This document shows positions 1 to 9,654 of a stretch of 64,000 nt of DNA, one piece after another; position 1 is the stretch's first letter, and the number at the start of each line of letters is the position of its first letter. The DNA is from Sedimentisphaeraceae bacterium JB056 (GTDB lineage: Bacteria; Planctomycetota; Phycisphaerae; Sedimentisphaerales; Sedimentisphaeraceae). Made by a program: the position numbers and the translations under genes. The stretch is taken from the NCBI GenBank assembly GCA_044440125.1, contig JBITAJ010000022.1:64001-128000 (forward strand), in the 5' to 3' direction. The notes beneath the pieces are model-generated. The model saw nothing but the letters and a program-made list of their open reading frames with translations, ran no database searches and was not told where the DNA came from.

Positions 1-1
1 A

Positions 2-412
2 AAAGCAAAAAAGCTGTTTGCTGAAAACATTGATAACTGGGGGTTTCTCAACGACCCCGCCGATTATAAAAGAATACTCGAGGAGAGTGATATCTTCGTA
101 TCGACCGCCATACATGAATTTTTTGGAATAAGTGCTGTTGAAGCGGCTGCTGCCGGATGTTGCGTAATGGTGCCGCAAAGACTGGCATATCCGGAAGTCT
201 TTGATGGACTGAATCAGGTCTTTTATGATGGAAGCGTCAATGATTTGACGAAAAAATTAGACTTAATGGCTTCGGACAGGCAAAAACTTGTGAATCTAGC
301 AGAAAAATGTAGAAGAATCGGCAAAAAATTCCAATGGAGTAATAAAATTGATAGTATGGATGACGCTTTAGAGAAAATACCTAAAGAAAAAAACTGTAAT
401 GTCTGGTCGTGA
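2..412 (+). CDS. 5'-truncated GT-B glycosyltransferase, GTDC1/DUF3524-like (C-terminal part)
   Basis: Frame is open from base 2 and reads ...WGFLNDPADYKRILEESDIFVSTAIHEFFGISAVEAAAAGCCVMVPQRLAYPEVF...; the STAxHEFFG...EA...P..L.YPE pattern is typical of GTDC1-like GT4 proteins. The ORF track shows only 167-412. Confidence 0.75.
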   Translation, partial: KAKKLFAENIDNWGFLNDPADYKRILEESDIFVSTAIHEFFGISAVEAAAAGCCVMVPQRLAYPEVFDGLNQVFYDGSVNDLTKKLDLMASDRQKLVNLAEKCRRIGKKFQWSNKIDSMDDALEKIPKEKNCNVWS

Positions 413-417
413 GATAA

Positions 418-1047
418 GTGAAAGTGAACATTAGAAACAAAAACATATTTCCGCAAATTCTACTGATGATATATTTCATCGTTTTTGCGATTTTTGCCTT
501 TAACCCTTACGACAGAACTGTCTGGTGGGCAGAAAATATCCCGATAATCCTAATTGTTGCAGCGATTTGCCTGATAACAAAATATTATTACCGTTTCTCA
601 AATCTCGCATATTTCATGATGACTGTCTTGGTAATTATGCATACAATTGGTGGTCATTACACTTTTGCACGAGTACCCTTCGGATTCATCACCGAGCTTT
701 TTAACTTCTCAAGAAACCATTACGACAGAGTTGCCCATTTTTCTGTAGGCTTCTACGCATATCCAATAGCCGAAATGGTTTTCCAGAAAAGGAAAGTAAA
801 TACAATCATAACTGCCGCTGTTTTTGGAATATTTGCAATATTTACTGTAGCGGGTGTCTATGAAATATTCGAGTGGCAATTTGCTTTATCAGCCGATCCT
901 GAAGCTGGAATTGAGGTACTGGGAAGCCAAGGCGACATATGGGACGCTCAAAAGGATATCCTCGCAGATGGTCTTGGTTCTATATTAGCCGCTGTACTAT
1001 TTATAATAGCAAATAAAAAAGGAAATAAACATGCCGGAAATAACTGA
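418..1047 (+). CDS. DUF2238 (YjdF-like) inner membrane protein
   Basis: Multiple hydrophobic helices; motifs WWAEN, GGHYTFARVP, RNHYDRVAHF, YEIFEW, GSQGDIWDAQKD. Confidence 0.85.
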   Translation: MKVNIRNKNIFPQILLMIYFIVFAIFAFNPYDRTVWWAENIPIILIVAAICLITKYYYRFSNLAYFMMTVLVIMHTIGGHYTFARVPFGFITELFNFSRNHYDRVAHFSVGFYAYPIAEMVFQKRKVNTIITAAVFGIFAIFTVAGVYEIFEWQFALSADPEAGIEVLGSQGDIWDAQKDILADGLGSILAAVLFIIANKKGNKHAGNN

Positions 1048-2140
1048 TTTTCTCAAAAAATGCCTTGATGATCTTGAAGAAAGAATTGATCCGTTAGTTG
1101 AAGACGAGCTATACACTGAATGGGTCGATTTTAACGAAGGTAAATATCAGGGAGATTTCTTTCTGCCGGAAAGAGCTAAAAAATCCCCGGCAAGTTTCGA
1201 TTGGATACAGCAGGCAGCAGATCACTTCGGAGGCGCAACTGCAAGACTGAAACAAATACCTGTAAATGACACATTGGAAAGCTATGAAATAATGGCTTTG
1301 CAGCAATATCACGGAGCCTCAGCATGCCTGGAAACCGGTAACGGTTTTATGATGACAATAAGAAGCAATTACGGCACCTGCATAATGCCTTCGCTATTTG
1401 GTGCAGAATTGTACATTATGCCTGAGGAAACCAATACCCTGCCAACTAACTATCCACTTGGCTTAGACAAGATCAAGGAAATTGTTAAAAATGGTGTACC
1501 CGACATCAACGGCGGCCTCTCAGAAAAAGTATTCACAATGGGTGAATTTTTCAGAGAAATAAACAGAAACTATCCCAAGATATCTAAATATGTTCATGTT
1601 ATGCACCCGGATACTCAGGGGGTAATTGATATAAGCGAACTTCTGTGGGGAAGCGAAATGCTGCTTGCGTTTTATGAGCAGCCGCAACTTGTCAAGGACC
1701 TTTTTCAGGTAGTCAGCGACACCTATATAGCCTTTATGGAAAAATGGCAGCAGATATTCCCATTCAACGCTGATTACAATGCACATTGGGGGTTCCTGCA
1801 TAAAGGCAATATCGTTTATAGAAGCGATTCCGTAATGAACATATCACCGGATATGTATGAAGAATTTGTATTTGAACACCAAAAGCGGATACTAAATCAT
1901 TACACCGGCGTACTGCACTTCTGCGGTCGAGGCGATCATTACGTCAAACAATTATCCAATATAGACGGCCTGACGGCAGTTAATCTTTCCCAGCCGGAAT
2001 ACAATGATATGGAAAATATATATACTGAAACGATAGATAAAGGTAAACACATATTACTGCTGCCGGCAGAAGAGGGCAAAAGAGCAGTAGATGACGGTAG
2101 AGACCTGCGAGGACTTGTACACTGCTTTGAAAGCTTCTAA
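1031..2140 (+). CDS. Uroporphyrinogen decarboxylase / cobamide methyltransferase superfamily protein, function unknown
   Basis: 369 aa; DTQGVIDISELLWG, ISPDMYEEFVF, LHFCG motifs of the UROD/MtaA TIM-barrel superfamily; GGA upstream of the ATG. Confidence 0.6.
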   Translation: MPEITDFLKKCLDDLEERIDPLVEDELYTEWVDFNEGKYQGDFFLPERAKKSPASFDWIQQAADHFGGATARLKQIPVNDTLESYEIMALQQYHGASACLETGNGFMMTIRSNYGTCIMPSLFGAELYIMPEETNTLPTNYPLGLDKIKEIVKNGVPDINGGLSEKVFTMGEFFREINRNYPKISKYVHVMHPDTQGVIDISELLWGSEMLLAFYEQPQLVKDLFQVVSDTYIAFMEKWQQIFPFNADYNAHWGFLHKGNIVYRSDSVMNISPDMYEEFVFEHQKRILNHYTGVLHFCGRGDHYVKQLSNIDGLTAVNLSQPEYNDMENIYTETIDKGKHILLLPAEEGKRAVDDGRDLRGLVHCFESF

Positions 2141-2152
2141 TAATTTAAAATT

Positions 2153-2195
2153 AAAATCGCGACTAAGAAAGATTCATTCATAGTCGCGATTTTTT
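2153..2195. terminator. Bidirectional intrinsic terminator between convergent genes
   Basis: AAAATCGCGACTA ... TAGTCGCGATTTT inverted repeat with A/T tails. Confidence 0.75.
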
Positions 2196-2212
2196 ATCTG
2201 TTAAGCAAAGTA

Positions 2213-4225
2213 TTAGTGAACTCTTTGGCCTGGCTGGGCACCGGAATCAGGGCTTAAAAGGAAGACATCCTTTCCACCGGGACCAGATGCAATGACCATA
2301 CCTTCTGAGAGGCCAAATCTCATCTTGCGAGGTTTCAGGTTTGCAACACAAACCACAAGCCGACCTACAAGCTCTTCAGGCTTATAAGCCTTAGAAATAC
2401 CGGCAAATACATTCTTCTTTATGCCGCCGATATCAAGAGTCAACTGCAACAATTTATTAGCACCCTCTACAGGATTGGCCTCTACCACTTTTGCAACCCT
2501 GAGATCAACCTTCATAAAATCATCAAAATCGCATTCTTCTGCAAGCGGTTCATCAAGAGTATAAGTTTCTTCTTCAGCCACTGGAGCTGCCGCTGCTTTT
2601 TCTTCTTCTATCATAGCTTCGATTTTCTCCATTTCTACGCGTTCGATCAAACGCTCAAAATCATTAACAATATGTCCTTCCGCAATATCGCTATCGGTAT
2701 CAGCAAAACTAAGACAACCGGTACCAAGAATACCTTCAATCTTTTCTGCCATAACCGGAAGAACTGGCTTAATATAAATAGTAAGCAGCTTCACCGCGTT
2801 AAGTATAGCACTGAGCGTAGCTCGTGTAGCCTCCGCATCAGTCTTAACCGTAACCCATGGCTGCTTTTCATCAACATACTTATTCACCTTATCAGAGAAG
2901 GTTGCGATTCGTCTTATTACAGAAGAATAGCGAAGCCCCTCATAATCAGCAATAATATCATCTTTTGCTTCCCTGATGGCATTAACAAGCTTGATACCGT
3001 CAGAATCCATCTGGCCAATCTTGCCGTCAAGTTTCTTTCGAAGCATTGGCACACTGCGGCTCGCAAGATTGGCAAGCTTGCCTACCAAATCAGAATTAAC
3101 CCTGTTTACAAAATCCGTTAAATTCAGGTCGATATCATCTACACCATCAGCAAGTTTCGCCGCATAATAATATCGCAGATATTGAGGATCAAGATGATTA
3201 AGGTAAGAACGAGCCTTTATGAAAGTTCCCTTACTTTTGCTCATTTTGTGCCCATCAACAGTAAGGAAACCATGAACAAAGAGCTTATCAGCAGTCTTGA
3301 AACCAGAACCGATAAGCATCGCCGGCCAAAACAGTGCATGGAAATACATTATATCCTTGCCAATAAAATGATAAAGCTCCCAATCTTTGCCATTCCAAAC
3401 CTCATTGAAATCCATCCCGTTGGAATCGCAGTAATTCTTTACAGATGCCATATAACCAACAGGTGCATCAAGCCAAACATAAAAATACTTATCGTCTTCA
3501 CCTGGAATATTAAAGCCAAAATACGGCCCATCCCTTGATATATCCCAATCTTTAAGACCGGCATCAAACCACTCATCAAGTTTATTAGCTACAGAAGAAT
3601 GAGTATGTCCATCTTTCAGCAGCTCACGAAGATCTTGCTCGTAATCGGCAAGCTTAAAAAAGTAGTGTACAGTTTTCTTCTGCACAGGTTTTTGGCCGCA
3701 AAGCGAACACTTTGTATCCTTGAGATCATTAGGACTGTAAGTTGCGCCGCATTTATCACATGAATCACCATATTGATCTTCTGCTCCGCATACTGGGCAT
3801 GCTCCACGAATAAATCTATCCGGCAGAAACATCTTGCAGTCATCACAATAAGCATGCTCTATTTCTTTTGTATCAATAGACCCTTTATCTTTGAGCTTAT
3901 TATAGATAAGAGCACTCAGCTCCTTGTTTTCTGGAGAATGCGTTGTGTAATAATTCTCAAAATTAATCTGAAAATCAGTAAAATCACTATAGTGTTCCTT
4001 GTGCACATGACCTATCATATCTTCAGGAGTTATTCCCTTATTACGTGCACTCAGCATTATAGGCGTACCATGAGTGTCATCGGCACAGAAATACAGGCAA
4101 TTATTACCTGCAAGCTTCTGGTATCGAACCCATATATCTGTTTGTATGTATTCAACAAGGTGCCCTATATGTATCGGACCATTGGCATAAGGAAGAGCCG
4201 ATGTTACTACTATATTTCTACTCAT
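2213..4225 (-). CDS. metG: Methionine--tRNA ligase with C-terminal tRNA-binding domain
   Basis: PYANGPIHIGH (HIGH), KMSKS, Zn knuckle CxxC pairs, C-terminal DLRVAKV...SEGM domain. Confidence 0.98.
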   Translation of the reverse strand: MSRNIVVTSALPYANGPIHIGHLVEYIQTDIWVRYQKLAGNNCLYFCADDTHGTPIMLSARNKGITPEDMIGHVHKEHYSDFTDFQINFENYYTTHSPENKELSALIYNKLKDKGSIDTKEIEHAYCDDCKMFLPDRFIRGACPVCGAEDQYGDSCDKCGATYSPNDLKDTKCSLCGQKPVQKKTVHYFFKLADYEQDLRELLKDGHTHSSVANKLDEWFDAGLKDWDISRDGPYFGFNIPGEDDKYFYVWLDAPVGYMASVKNYCDSNGMDFNEVWNGKDWELYHFIGKDIMYFHALFWPAMLIGSGFKTADKLFVHGFLTVDGHKMSKSKGTFIKARSYLNHLDPQYLRYYYAAKLADGVDDIDLNLTDFVNRVNSDLVGKLANLASRSVPMLRKKLDGKIGQMDSDGIKLVNAIREAKDDIIADYEGLRYSSVIRRIATFSDKVNKYVDEKQPWVTVKTDAEATRATLSAILNAVKLLTIYIKPVLPVMAEKIEGILGTGCLSFADTDSDIAEGHIVNDFERLIERVEMEKIEAMIEEEKAAAAPVAEEETYTLDEPLAEECDFDDFMKVDLRVAKVVEANPVEGANKLLQLTLDIGGIKKNVFAGISKAYKPEELVGRLVVCVANLKPRKMRFGLSEGMVIASGPGGKDVFLLSPDSGAQPGQRVH

Positions 4226-4241
4226 ATATCAACCTGCAATC

Positions 4242-5426
4242 TTAGTTCGAAGAAGACTCCTTTTGGGGTCCATCATTTCTGTTGTTTCTATTTTTCTTCT
4301 GGTTGTCATTCTCTTTTGACGGCTTTCTTCTACGGCGTCTTTTACGCTGTTTCTTATTGTTATCGGCAGTTTCTGAACCGTCCTGGCCTTGCTTCTTATC
4401 CGAGGAATTATTGTCAGATCCTTGAGCATTGCGCTGGCTTGAATTTTTACCTGCCTGATTGCCACCCTTACCTTGATCCGAATTATTAGACGACTTGCGT
4501 TCTTTCGGTTGTTCTTCTTGCTTTGGCTGCTCCTTTTGAGTTGGCCCATCGGGAAGAACCTTTATCTGATCAAGCGGTATCGCTTCATTTTGCCCATCTT
4601 CAAAATACACATGAACAAGCTGAGTAAGTATCTGATAGTCAATCACCCTGCCTTCACCGCTCGGAGTCGAAACCCAGCTTTGACGATTTGGCATATCATT
4701 TTTTAATTCCTGATATGTTTTATCTTCATATCTCAGACAGCATCGCAATCTTCCGCAATGACCTGATATTTTTGAAGGGTCAAGAGTAGCCTTTTGCGTT
4801 TTAGCCATTCGCATATTAACAGGCTTAAGTATTTTTAGAAACTTGCTGCAGCAGCATTGCTGGCCACAGGTTTCAATATCACTTATAAGCCTTGCCTCAT
4901 CTCTTGCACCAATCTGACGCATTTCAATCCGAGTCTGAAATTCTTTTGCAAGCTGTTTGACCAGATCTCTAAAATCAACCCTGCCATCGCTGACAAAATA
5001 GAAAACAATTCGCTCACCACCAAAAATATGCTCAAAATCCACAACTTTCATATGAAGGCCATGTTCTTTTACATATCTGCGGCATATTTTAAGCTCATCA
5101 TTGGCTGACTCACGAACATGACGAGCCTCATTTAAATCCTGATGAGTAGCAAATCTTACAAACTTGCCGTCAAATCCTACCGGGTACTCATTAGGCCCAA
5201 CATCGAAATATTCAGGCAGATTATTAACGCAACCTTTAAAATTACCATGCTTATAGCATCCGGTTCCGATCATTTCCCCCATCTCAAGCCCCCTGTCGGT
5301 TTTTATGATAACCTTCTTGGGAGCAGGCGGCAAATTAAGCTCATTATGACTAAACCAGCCCAAATAACCCATCTTGCCATACTTGACAAGCATTTTTTTG
5401 GTATTTTTAGATTTTTTATTTTCCAT
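4242..5426 (-). CDS. ricT: PSP1 domain / RicT (YaaT)-like regulatory Fe-S protein with disordered C-terminal tail
   Basis: RVDFRDLVK, RIEMRQIGARDEA, CGQQCCC, KISGHCGRLRCCLRYE; lies between holB and metG; start placed at the ATG at 5426. Confidence 0.85.
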   Translation of the reverse strand: MENKKSKNTKKMLVKYGKMGYLGWFSHNELNLPPAPKKVIIKTDRGLEMGEMIGTGCYKHGNFKGCVNNLPEYFDVGPNEYPVGFDGKFVRFATHQDLNEARHVRESANDELKICRRYVKEHGLHMKVVDFEHIFGGERIVFYFVSDGRVDFRDLVKQLAKEFQTRIEMRQIGARDEARLISDIETCGQQCCCSKFLKILKPVNMRMAKTQKATLDPSKISGHCGRLRCCLRYEDKTYQELKNDMPNRQSWVSTPSGEGRVIDYQILTQLVHVYFEDGQNEAIPLDQIKVLPDGPTQKEQPKQEEQPKERKSSNNSDQGKGGNQAGKNSSQRNAQGSDNNSSDKKQGQDGSETADNNKKQRKRRRRRKPSKENDNQKKNRNNRNDGPQKESSSN

Positions 5427-5487
5427 ATGTTTATTTCTAAATCCCAAAAACCATAGTTTTCAGGCCAAAATACAGAATTTCTTTCTA

Positions 5488-6594
5488 TTAATTTTTCAAT
5501 TTCGTAAAGTGTAGCAGAATTTCTTCAAAAATCAATTTTTCATTTACGTAGGCATCAACCCATCTCATACTGCTGTTAATTTTTTCAACAAATTTAGCTG
5601 CAGTATTAACATCCACTTGCGTACAAAGCTGTTGTATTTGTGCTGTTTGCCCGCTATTTACAATATCTTCCGAGCCATCAACTGATAATCTAATCATGTC
5701 GGTTACCATGACAAGAAGCATTTTAAGCATTATTTTCTGTGCTCTGCGTTTCAAATCACTTTTACTGACATTCTCCATCTGATCGGAAAAAGCCTCAGAT
5801 ATCTCGCCATTCTTTGCAACCATCCACTCAGCTATATCCAAACTGTCTGCAAGTCTTGCATTAGCAAGTTTCTCCACAAGCTGGCACTTAATACTGTAAC
5901 AATCACAAAGCGAGGCCATCTTTGAGTACATAATTGATTGTCCGAGACTTCCGGAAGTGAATCTTGCCCAGAATTTAGCCTGGACTCCATCAATGCCTTC
6001 TTCTGAAAGCTTGTTGATTATAATGGCCTCATCTACAGGGCCAAACCGCAAAACCTGACTCCTTGAGAGTATTGTAGGCAAAAGTTTGTCAGTTCGTGTG
6101 CATAAAAGGATTATCAGGCAGTAAGCCGGCGGCTCTTCAAGAGTCTTAAGCATAGCATTCTGTGCCGCGGCATTCATTTTCTCTGCCTCACTTATGACAT
6201 AAACACATTTTTTAGCCATTTGAGGCTTTGAAGCGACTATGTCTACAAGAAATTCCCTTATAACATGTATGCTGAATTCACTGGGATTTTTCTTGCGTTT
6301 TGCAGAATCAGACAAAAACTCAGAGAGCTCTTTATATATGTGCTTAAAATCAGGATGGGAATCACTATCGAAAAGCTGACAGCTTCTGCAGCATTTGCAA
6401 CTGTCAACAAAGTCAGACTGAAGCGAATCTCTACCCTCACAAAGCAGTGCCTTTGCCCATTCTTTTGCCATGAGATATCTGCCAACCCCATCCTCACCGG
6501 CAAATATATAAGCATGACCTAACCGATCATGCTTCATGGCGTGCTGAAATACATCAACAACCTTATCCTGACATAAAACATCATTCAGACTCAT
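5488..6594 (-). CDS. holB: DNA polymerase III subunit delta'
   Basis: HAYIFAGEDGVGR (degenerate Walker A), Zn-binding Cys cluster, HPDF, AQNAMLKTLEEPP, LLPTILSR. Confidence 0.92.
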   Translation of the reverse strand: MSLNDVLCQDKVVDVFQHAMKHDRLGHAYIFAGEDGVGRYLMAKEWAKALLCEGRDSLQSDFVDSCKCCRSCQLFDSDSHPDFKHIYKELSEFLSDSAKRKKNPSEFSIHVIREFLVDIVASKPQMAKKCVYVISEAEKMNAAAQNAMLKTLEEPPAYCLIILLCTRTDKLLPTILSRSQVLRFGPVDEAIIINKLSEEGIDGVQAKFWARFTSGSLGQSIMYSKMASLCDCYSIKCQLVEKLANARLADSLDIAEWMVAKNGEISEAFSDQMENVSKSDLKRRAQKIMLKMLLVMVTDMIRLSVDGSEDIVNSGQTAQIQQLCTQVDVNTAAKFVEKINSSMRWVDAYVNEKLIFEEILLHFTKLKN

Positions 6595-6923
6595 TTTATA
6601 ACTATTTTAAAACATCTAAACCGGCATTGCCAATTACTAACGCTGTAAAACTTCAAACGCCAATTAAATGTTTTTTGAATAACTGATGAATTAGTAAAAT
6701 ATGAATACAATTGGAAAGATTTTAAGAAGATAAGGAATTAATGCAAACACAAAAACACCAAAAGGCTATTTTAAGCACTTAGAAACACATTAATTATTAA
6801 AACAGTCCCCAAAAACTGCTCTAATGCAGCACTCTTAGTTTTTTGTATGCAGGGATTAAGTGCAATGCGAGTTTTAGCCGCATCATATTAGAATTACTCA
6901 CAAAGCTGATTTTGGTAAAGATA

Positions 6924-7160
6924 TCAGTTTTCAGACTGCTCAAAATGATCCCTGAGCATCTTCATAAGGTCACAATTCTCGTTCTCTCTGTCGAGAAGCC
7001 TGAATTGTATGTGTGAAGGCAACTGAAGCCAAACTCTAATCGAAGCTTCAACAGCCCCCTTCATAACCTGACTGCGGTTGCTGCACTGCTCTTTAAGCTT
7101 TTGGAATATTTCACCACTAATGTCAGCATGTAATGTTTTTTCATCTTTTCTGTAAGCCAT
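6924..7160 (-). CDS. Small putative ribbon-helix-helix DNA-binding protein
   Basis: 78 aa; AAGGAG RBS upstream; beta-strand KTLHADIS followed by two amphipathic helices. Confidence 0.55.
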   Translation of the reverse strand: MAYRKDEKTLHADISGEIFQKLKEQCSNRSQVMKGAVEASIRVWLQLPSHIQFRLLDRENENCDLMKMLRDHFEQSEN

Positions 7161-7674
7161 TATTATGCTCCTTACTCATATAAAAAGATTTAGAATTAAG
7201 TGTCATTTCAATATTTGACCTGAAAGGCTGAAATTTTATGTATAATTGCTGTCCATCAATCAAATTATCAGAGTGCCCTTCATGATGCAAGTAATATTGC
7301 AAATCCCCATTTCTAAGCATATAATATCTGACTTGTTCCCGAGCCAAACAATAAATGCCAGCATTATGGATTAATGTATACGGAAACTTATTTAATTATG
7401 CTAAATCCTTCTAATCTTATAGTAACAAATAATTCTTAAATTGTCACTCTTATTATTTAATATTAATAGATAGCACGAAAAGCGATAATTCCACCTATAT
7501 AAGCACCCTATTCCCGACAAGAAAATCCTTTTTCAACGGCTTCAAATGACAATTTTAGCTGAATTTTACAAGCTTTATTTGGGGCGATAGCTGATTGCAG
7601 ATTTATATTGTAAATAATTGTTTATGGGTTATAATCTTTGTAGTGCTCGATTGATTAGAAATTACCCAGTTGAA

Positions 7675-9351
7675 ATGGATATTTTGAAACAAAAGACTAA
7701 TAAAACACTTAGGCGACTAATTGCCCTTATCTTTATCTTATCGATGATGGCTCCGGTTTTATCCATAGAACCTCAGGCATATGATGCTGCCAAATTAGAT
7801 TTAGTACGAGATAGTGAGCCGAATTTGACCGGTAAAGGAGTAAAACTCCTTATCGTAGAGCGAAGTGAAAATTACGACAGTGACAGCCCGCTTCTTGACT
7901 ACCAGCCAGACATTGAACACCCACTTCTCAAAAATTCAAACATAAGCATTCCATTAAAGGAAAAATACAACCTTGGCAACGAATCTTTCCATTCTACGGC
8001 AATATGCTCGATAATCACTGGCAAAGGTTCTGTTACTGATGAGAATGGGAATCAAATAGCGTACAATGCTCCTCTGACTGATTCTGAAATAGAAGTACTG
8101 GAGTTTAATGAGTTCTTATTAAAACACCTCATCGATATTTCCAACACACTCGAAACAGACATTCTCTGCGCAAGCTTCGGGACGTCCGTTCCTGACTGGT
8201 GGACCAGAGCATTGCAGTATATAATAGAAAGAGATGATGTACTTGGTATTGCAAGCATTGGTAACGGCGATGAAATATTTGACAGTTGCCTCTACCCTGC
8301 TTCAGGAGCAAATTTTATAGCAGTTGGCATTGCAGACAGGACAATGATGCCTTCAGGCGACAATTCGTGGCTTGATCCGACAGCCAAAAGCAGCCATGGA
8401 ATAACTTTTGAAGGGATAATCAAACCTGATATTGTTGCCAGCGGAAATTACCTTGTTGCCGACCTGCAGAATGACGGCATAGCAGAAAGCGGCAACTACT
8501 CAAGCTACGCAGCTCCTGCAGTAGCTTCAATCGCCGGACTATTAGTACAAAAAGCAAAGGAAAAGCAGCTCAAATACGCTTATTCTGAAAAAGGCTCAAA
8601 CTGCGTCATAAAGTCAATACTGATGACAGCGGCATCAAAAGGGGTAGGATGGCATAAAGGCCAATGGAGCCCCGATGACGACCACCAATCGCCTCTTGAC
8701 ATGCATCAAGGCAGCGGCACAGTTAATGCTGCGGAAGCCTGCGAATTGCTTGATTCTGAAAAACTCGAGCAAGCAGTACCGGCATCAAAGGGCTGGGATA
8801 ATTCGGTTATCGACGGGAAAAGCGAAAATACTTACAGCGTCAACGTTTCGCCTCAAGATAGATATATAAGCGCAACCTTGGTGTGGAACAGAAAGTTTCA
8901 GAAAGAATATCCATTCGAATACCTCACGGGTGACAACATAAACCTGAGACTTGAACTTTGGGCCCAAAGCCCGGAAGACCCGAATAACAGTTTGCTTATA
9001 GACTACAGTGATAGCGACAACGGAAACGTTGAACACCTCTTCTGTCCGGTCTCATCAGGAAATGTTAAATATGAAATCGTTGTTGTTTTCAGTGACAATG
9101 AAAATATATCTAAAATAGATACTCAGCAACGATACGCCTTGTCGTTCACAACAAGCCCAATACCTGAACAATGGAAAGGACAGTGGCTTGATTTCAACGC
9201 TGACGGCTCTATAGACCTTAATGACGTGCAAGGGGTACTGTCTTCTGTTTCAAAACAGAATAAGCAAACAGGAATAAGCATTGATACGCAAGCATTCAAT
9301 AGAATAAGAATATTATTGGATGAATTGTCCAAACGCGACCTTTATAAATAA
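7675..9351 (+). CDS. Secreted subtilisin-family (S8) peptidase-like protein with C-terminal dockerin-like motif
   Basis: TGKGVKLLIVE, FHSTAIC, SIGNG, KPDIVASG, SSYAAPAVA; signal-peptide-like N-terminus; DFNADGSIDLND near the C-terminus; start uncertain (7618-7747). Confidence 0.8.
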   Translation: MDILKQKTNKTLRRLIALIFILSMMAPVLSIEPQAYDAAKLDLVRDSEPNLTGKGVKLLIVERSENYDSDSPLLDYQPDIEHPLLKNSNISIPLKEKYNLGNESFHSTAICSIITGKGSVTDENGNQIAYNAPLTDSEIEVLEFNEFLLKHLIDISNTLETDILCASFGTSVPDWWTRALQYIIERDDVLGIASIGNGDEIFDSCLYPASGANFIAVGIADRTMMPSGDNSWLDPTAKSSHGITFEGIIKPDIVASGNYLVADLQNDGIAESGNYSSYAAPAVASIAGLLVQKAKEKQLKYAYSEKGSNCVIKSILMTAASKGVGWHKGQWSPDDDHQSPLDMHQGSGTVNAAEACELLDSEKLEQAVPASKGWDNSVIDGKSENTYSVNVSPQDRYISATLVWNRKFQKEYPFEYLTGDNINLRLELWAQSPEDPNNSLLIDYSDSDNGNVEHLFCPVSSGNVKYEIVVVFSDNENISKIDTQQRYALSFTTSPIPEQWKGQWLDFNADGSIDLNDVQGVLSSVSKQNKQTGISIDTQAFNRIRILLDELSKRDLYK

Positions 9352-9453
9352 GACTGTTAGTGGAAGTTTTTTTGAGACCAAACAGCTTAATTTGGTATTA
9401 AAGGACGAAAAAACAAAAAAACAAAAAAAAGTGGGTTTTCCTATTTTTTTTAC

Positions 9454-9482
9454 TTGCATAAAAGGGGCATTTCTATTAAATT
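9454..9482 (+). promoter_or_regulatory. Sigma70-type promoter for tRNA-Phe
   Basis: TTGCAT-17 bp-TAAATT with A/T tracts upstream, 34 bp before the tRNA. Confidence 0.5.
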
Positions 9483-9516
9483 ATCTCCCCTGTCGCAGAG
9501 AGCGACAAACCGATAC

Positions 9517-9589
<73 letters not shown>

Positions 9590-9594
9590 TTATC

Positions 9595-9633
9595 AAAAAA
9601 AGCTTTTAAGCACAATGCTTAAAAGCTTTTTTT
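9595..9633. terminator. Bidirectional intrinsic terminator
   Basis: Perfect 18-bp inverted repeat AAAAAAAGCTTTTAAGCA-caa-TGCTTAAAAGCTTTTTTT between the tRNA and the convergent operon. Confidence 0.85.
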
Positions 9634-9654
9634 GTTTTAAATATTAAAGCGGCC

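Noticed and set aside
3773..4489. 238-aa plus-strand ORF
   Set aside because: Antisense to metG and ricT with non-protein-like composition
4229..4549. 106-aa basic ORF in an alternative frame of the ricT tail
   Set aside because: A by-product of low-complexity sequence; no RBS or frameshift signal identified
7141..7347. 68-aa minus-strand ORF upstream of the RHH-like gene
   Set aside because: TTG start, no RBS, no motifs; cannot be supported
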